A stretch of DNA of 64,000 nt from Eledone cirrhosa (lineage: Eukaryota), in NCBI GenBank assembly GCA_964016885.1, contig OZ024763.1, positions 23,560,001-23,624,000 of the forward strand. The letters are read 5' to 3'. The notes under the pieces are model-generated. The model was given only the letters and a program-made list of their open reading frames with translations, ran no database searches and was not told where the DNA came from. The stretch's first letter is position 1, and each line of letters begins with the position of its first letter. Positions 59,603-64,000 of the stretch are shown one piece after another. The position numbers and the translations under genes were made by a program.

Positions 59603-62035
59603 TTATGGTGTTGGTGGTGGTGGTGGTAGTGGTTGTTATGGTGTTGGTGGTGGTGGTGGTAGTGTTGGTGGTGGTGTTGGTGGTGGTGTTGGAGGTGGTG
59701 GTGGTAGTGTTATTGTTGTTGGTGGTGGTGGTGGTGGTTGTTATGGTGTTGGTGGTGGTGGTGGTAGTGTTGGTGGTGGTGTTGGTGGTGGTGTTGGAAG
59801 TGGTGGTGGTAGTGTTGTTGTTGTTGTTGTTGGTGGTGGTGGTTGTTATGGTGTTGGTGGTGGTGGTGGTAGTGTTGGTGGTGGTGGTGGTAGTGTTGGT
59901 GGTGGTGTTGGAGGTGGTGGTGGTAGTGTTGTTGTTGGTGGTGGTGGTGGTTGTTATGGTGTTGGTGGTGGTAGTGTTGGTGGTGGTGTTGGAGGTGTTG
60001 GTGTTGGAGGTGTTGATGTTGGTGGTGTTGGTGGTGGTGGTGTTGGTGGTGGTGATGTTGGTGGTGTTATTATGGTGTTGGTGGTGTTGGTGGTGTTGTT
60101 GTTGTGGGTGGTGTGGTGGTGTTGGTGATGGTGTTGGTGGTGATGGTGGTGTTGGTGGTGTTGTTATGGTGTTGGCGGTGTTGGTGGTGTTGTTGTTGTG
60201 GGTGGTGTGGTGGTGTTGGTGATGCTGTTGGTGGTGGTGCTAGTGTTCGTGGTGATGTTCGTGGTGATGGTGGTGGTGGTGGTGGTGATGGTGATGGTGG
60301 TGGTGGTGGTGTTGGAGGTGTTGTTGGTGTTGGAGGTGTTGTTGTTTGTGATGGTTATGGTGGTTGGGATTGTGGTGTTGGTGGTGGTGGTTGGGATTGT
60401 GGTGCTCTTGGTGATGGTGGTGTTGGTGTAGGTGTTGTTGTTGTAGTTGGTAGTGGTGTTGGTGTTGGCGTTATTGCTACTGTTGTTCGTATTACTAGTG
60501 GTGTTACTGTTGATGGTAGTGTTAGTGTTAGAGTTGAGTTGGTGGTGTTGGTATTGGTGGTGGTGATGGTGGTAGTGCTGTGGATGGTTGTACCGATGGT
60601 AGTAATGTTGGTGTTTTTGGTGTTGTTATGGCTGTTGATGTTGGTGGTAGTTTCGGTGGTGGTAGTGATGGTGTTAGTGTTGTTGTTATGGTTATTATTG
60701 CCAGTGTTGATAGTGGTGTTGTTGGTGTTGGCGTTAGTGTAGTTGTTGGTGAGGATCAAGTTGTTATGACTGTTGTCGTTGTAGGTATTGCGAGTGGTGG
60801 TGGTGGTGTCTATAGTGGTGTTGTTGTTGGTGGTGGTGGTTACAGTGGTGTTGCTGTTGGTGTTATTGGTATTGTTGTTGGTGTTGGTGGTGTTGTTGGT
60901 GGCGGTGGCGTTGGTGTTGTTGTTAGTGATGTTAGTTGTGTTATGGTTGGTGATAGTAGTGTTGGTGTTGTTGTTGGTGGTTTCAGTGTTGGTCACAGTG
61001 GTGTTGTTGATGGTGATGGTGGTGGTTGTAGTGGTGTTGTTGGTCGTGTTAGTGTTGTTGTTGGTCATGTTAGTGTTGTTGTTGATGGTAGTGGTTTTGT
61101 TGGAGAGAGTGTTGTTGTTGGTGGTGGTAGTGTTGTTGTTGGTGATGGTGGTGGTTGTAGTGGTGTTGTTGGTCGTGTTAGTGTTGTTGGTGGTGGTAGT
61201 GTTGTTGTTGTTGGTGGTGGTGGTTGTAGTGGTGTTGTTGGTCGTGTTAGTGTTGTTGTTGGTCATGTTAGTGTTGTTGTTGGTGGTGGTGGTGGTTGTA
61301 GTGGTGTTGTTGGTCGTGTTAGTGTTGTTGGTGGTGCTAGTGTTGTTGTTGTTGGTGGTGGTGGTTGTAGTGGTGTTGTTGGTCGTGTTAGTGTTGTTGG
61401 TGGTACTAGTGTTGTTGTTGTTCGTGGTGGTGGTTGTAGTGGTGTTGTTGGTCGTGTTAGTGTTGTTGGTGGTGCTAGTGTTGTTGTTGTTGGTGGTGGT
61501 GGTTGTAGTGGTGTTGTTGGTCGTGTTAGTGTTGTTGGTGGTGCTAGTGTTGTTGTTGTTGGTGGTGGTGGTTGTAGTGGTGTTGTTGGTGGTACTAGTG
61601 TTGTTGTTGGTGATGGTGGTGGTTGTAGTGGTGTTGTTGGTCGTGTTAGTGTTGTTGGTGGTGCTAGTGTTGTTGGTGGTGCTAGTGTTGTTGTTGTTGG
61701 TGGTGGTGGTTATAGTGGTGTTGTTGGTCGTGTTAGTGTTGTTGGTGGTGCTAGTGTTGTTGTTGTTGGTGGTGGTGGTTATAGTGGTGTTGTTGGTCGT
61801 GTTAGTGTTGTTGGTGGTGGTAGTGTTGTTGTTGGTGATGGTGGTGGTTGTAGTGGTGTTGTTGGTCGTGTTAGTGTTGTTGTTGATGGTAGTGGTTTTG
61901 TTGGTGGTAGTGTTGTTGTTGGTGGTGGTAGTGTTGTTGTTGGTGGTGGTAGTGTTGTTGTTGGTGGTGGCAGTGTTGTTGTTGGTGGTAATGTTGTTGT
62001 TGGTGATGGTGGTGGTTGTAGTGTTGTTGTTGTTA
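58460..62035. repeat. (AAC)n tract then a long (GGT)/(GTT) low-complexity tract with higher-order units
   Basis: Direct inspection. Confidence 0.92.
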
Positions 62036-62199
62036 TTTGAGGTGAATGTAGAGGATTATTCTGTCTTTGTAGCGTTCTCAGTTTGAGATTGCTTTTGATA
62101 AAACCAAAAAATACAAACAACAACAACAACAGCAACAATAAAATCGTTTTGTAGCACTAAATTAAAACATGTCCGTTGTACAACTGCATTAGTCAAATG

Positions 62200-63420
62200 T
62201 TTTATCTCTCTCTCCACCTCTCTCTCTTTCTACCTCTCTCTACCTCTCTCTCTCTCTCTTTCTAACTCTCTCTCTCTCTACCTCGCTCTCTCTTCTACCC
62301 TCTCTCTCTCACTACTTCCCCCACTGTCTCTTTCTCTCTACCTCTCTTACTACCTCTCTCTGTTTCTACCCCTCCCTCTCTCTCTTACTGCCTCTCTCAC
62401 CCACCTCTCTCTCTTTCTACTTCCCCCACTGCCTCTTTCTCTCTACCCCTCTCACTGCCTCTCTCTCTCTTTTACTACCTCTCTTACTACACCTCTCTCT
62501 CTCTCTCCTACACTTGCTCTCTCACATATCACACACACTTTCTCTTCTTCCTTCACTCTTCCTCGCCCCTCTCACTCTCCCCCTCTCTACTCCACTTGAT
62601 CTCTCACCACGACTCTCTCTCTATATATACCTCTACGTCTCTCCTTCCACTCCTCTCTCTCTCTCTCACTGCGTCTTTTCTCTTACTCTCCCACATATCA
62701 CTCTCTTTCTCTTCTCTTCCTCTCTCTTTCCTCTACTCTTCCTCTCTCTCTATCTCTCTATCTCTTTTCTCTACTCTTCCTCTTTCTCTCTCTCTTTCCT
62801 CTACTCTTCCTCTCTCTATCTCTCTCCCACTCTCTCTCTTTTCTCTACTCTTCCTCTTTCTCTCTCTTTCCTCTACTCTTCCTCTCTCTCTATATCTCTC
62901 TCTCACTCTCTCTCTTCTCTTCCTCTTTCTTTCCTCTACTCTTCCTCTCTCTATATCTCTCTCTCACTCTCTCTCTTCTCTTCCTCTCCTCTACTCTTCC
63001 TCTCTCTCTCTCTCTTTCCTCTACTCTTCCTTTCTCTATCTCTCTCTCCCTTTCCTCTACTCTTCCTCTCTCTATCTCTCTCTCTCTTTTCTCTACTCTT
63101 CCTCTTTCTCTCTTTCCTCTACTCTTCCTCTCTCTCTATATATCTCTCTCACTCTCTCTTTTCTTTACTCTTCCTCTTTCTCTCTCTCTTTCCTCTACAC
63201 TTCCTCTCTATCTCACTCTCTATCTCTTTTCTCTACTCTTCCTCTCTCTCTCTCTCTCTTTCCTCTACTCTTCCTCTCTCTCTCTATATCTGTCTCTCAC
63301 TCTCTCTCTGCGTCTCTTATCTTACGCTCCCACATATCGCTATCTCTCTCTCTCCCCTTCATTCTCTTTCTCTTTTTCTTTCTCACCCCCCTTTCCCCAC
63401 CCCTCCTCTCCATCTCCCCG
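62200..63420. repeat. CT-rich degenerate repeat (CTCTACTCTTCCTCTCTC-like units)
   Basis: Direct inspection. Confidence 0.9.
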
Positions 63421-64000
63421 CCATCTTAAAACTAAATATGCCACCAATATTTCCTAACAAGCTCTACCATCTGCCATTCTAAATTTATCAAACTAGGTTA
63501 GTTTCCAGCATTAAGAATCTTTTAACTGTTGACTTTTTGGAAAAATAAAAATTTCTTTAAATATTTTTTAGTTATTTCGGAGAAGGGGTGTGGTGGGGAG
63601 TTGTTTACAGTGGTAGACCTAATACGGCACCCTGATTAACACTACCGTCGCTATCGCCACCACCACCACCACCACCACCACCAGCATTACTGTCACCGCC
63701 TCCAACCACTAACACCACCACTTCTGTCGCCACATCCAACAAGCACGGCCACCAACACCACCGTCACTACCACCACCAACAATCACGTACGCGAACTCAC
63801 ACACACTCGCACGCACGCACGCACTCGCACAAACAAACACACACATACGTATTGACACACACACATGCTCTCACACATGCACACACACACACACGCACAC
63901 ACATGCACACACGTGCGCACACGCGCACACACACACAGACATGCACACACACACATACAGGCACACAAACGGTTATGTTTACCCAATTGCTTCGATATAT

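Noticed and set aside
58439-63482. Val/Gly-rich and Leu/Ser-rich ORFs
   Set aside because: Low-complexity GGT/GTT and CT repeats.

Overview
Eukaryotic, extremely microsatellite-rich non-coding DNA. The SINE types and the density of (AT)n/(CA)n/(TATG)n tracts suggest a mollusc, probably an octopus (inference). No confident host gene is visible, and almost all ORFs in the track are translations of simple repeats. The window holds a 51-bp satellite (1-5880), tRNA-type SINEs and a near-intact Tx1/L1-type LINE (ORF1 gag-knuckle plus APE-RT ORF2) sitting in (CTAT)n. It also holds a 5'-truncated R4/Dong-type RT-RLE element in (TATG)n, non-autonomous RTE-like elements with (TGTA)n tails, a Helitron-like element, three minisatellites built from retroelement pieces, and a 5'-truncated Penelope-like element (RT + GIY-YIG) bounded by 224-bp inverted repeats. 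The most striking unexplained structure is a set of about ten short fold-back (palindromic) cassettes embedded in (AT)n tracts. They come from several sequence-unrelated families, and most contain a type I hammerhead ribozyme fold plus a one-sided tail with a shared RCTC...TYGAGY stem. One family is clearly the 3' end of the Penelope-like element and carries a non-canonical CAGAAGA core.
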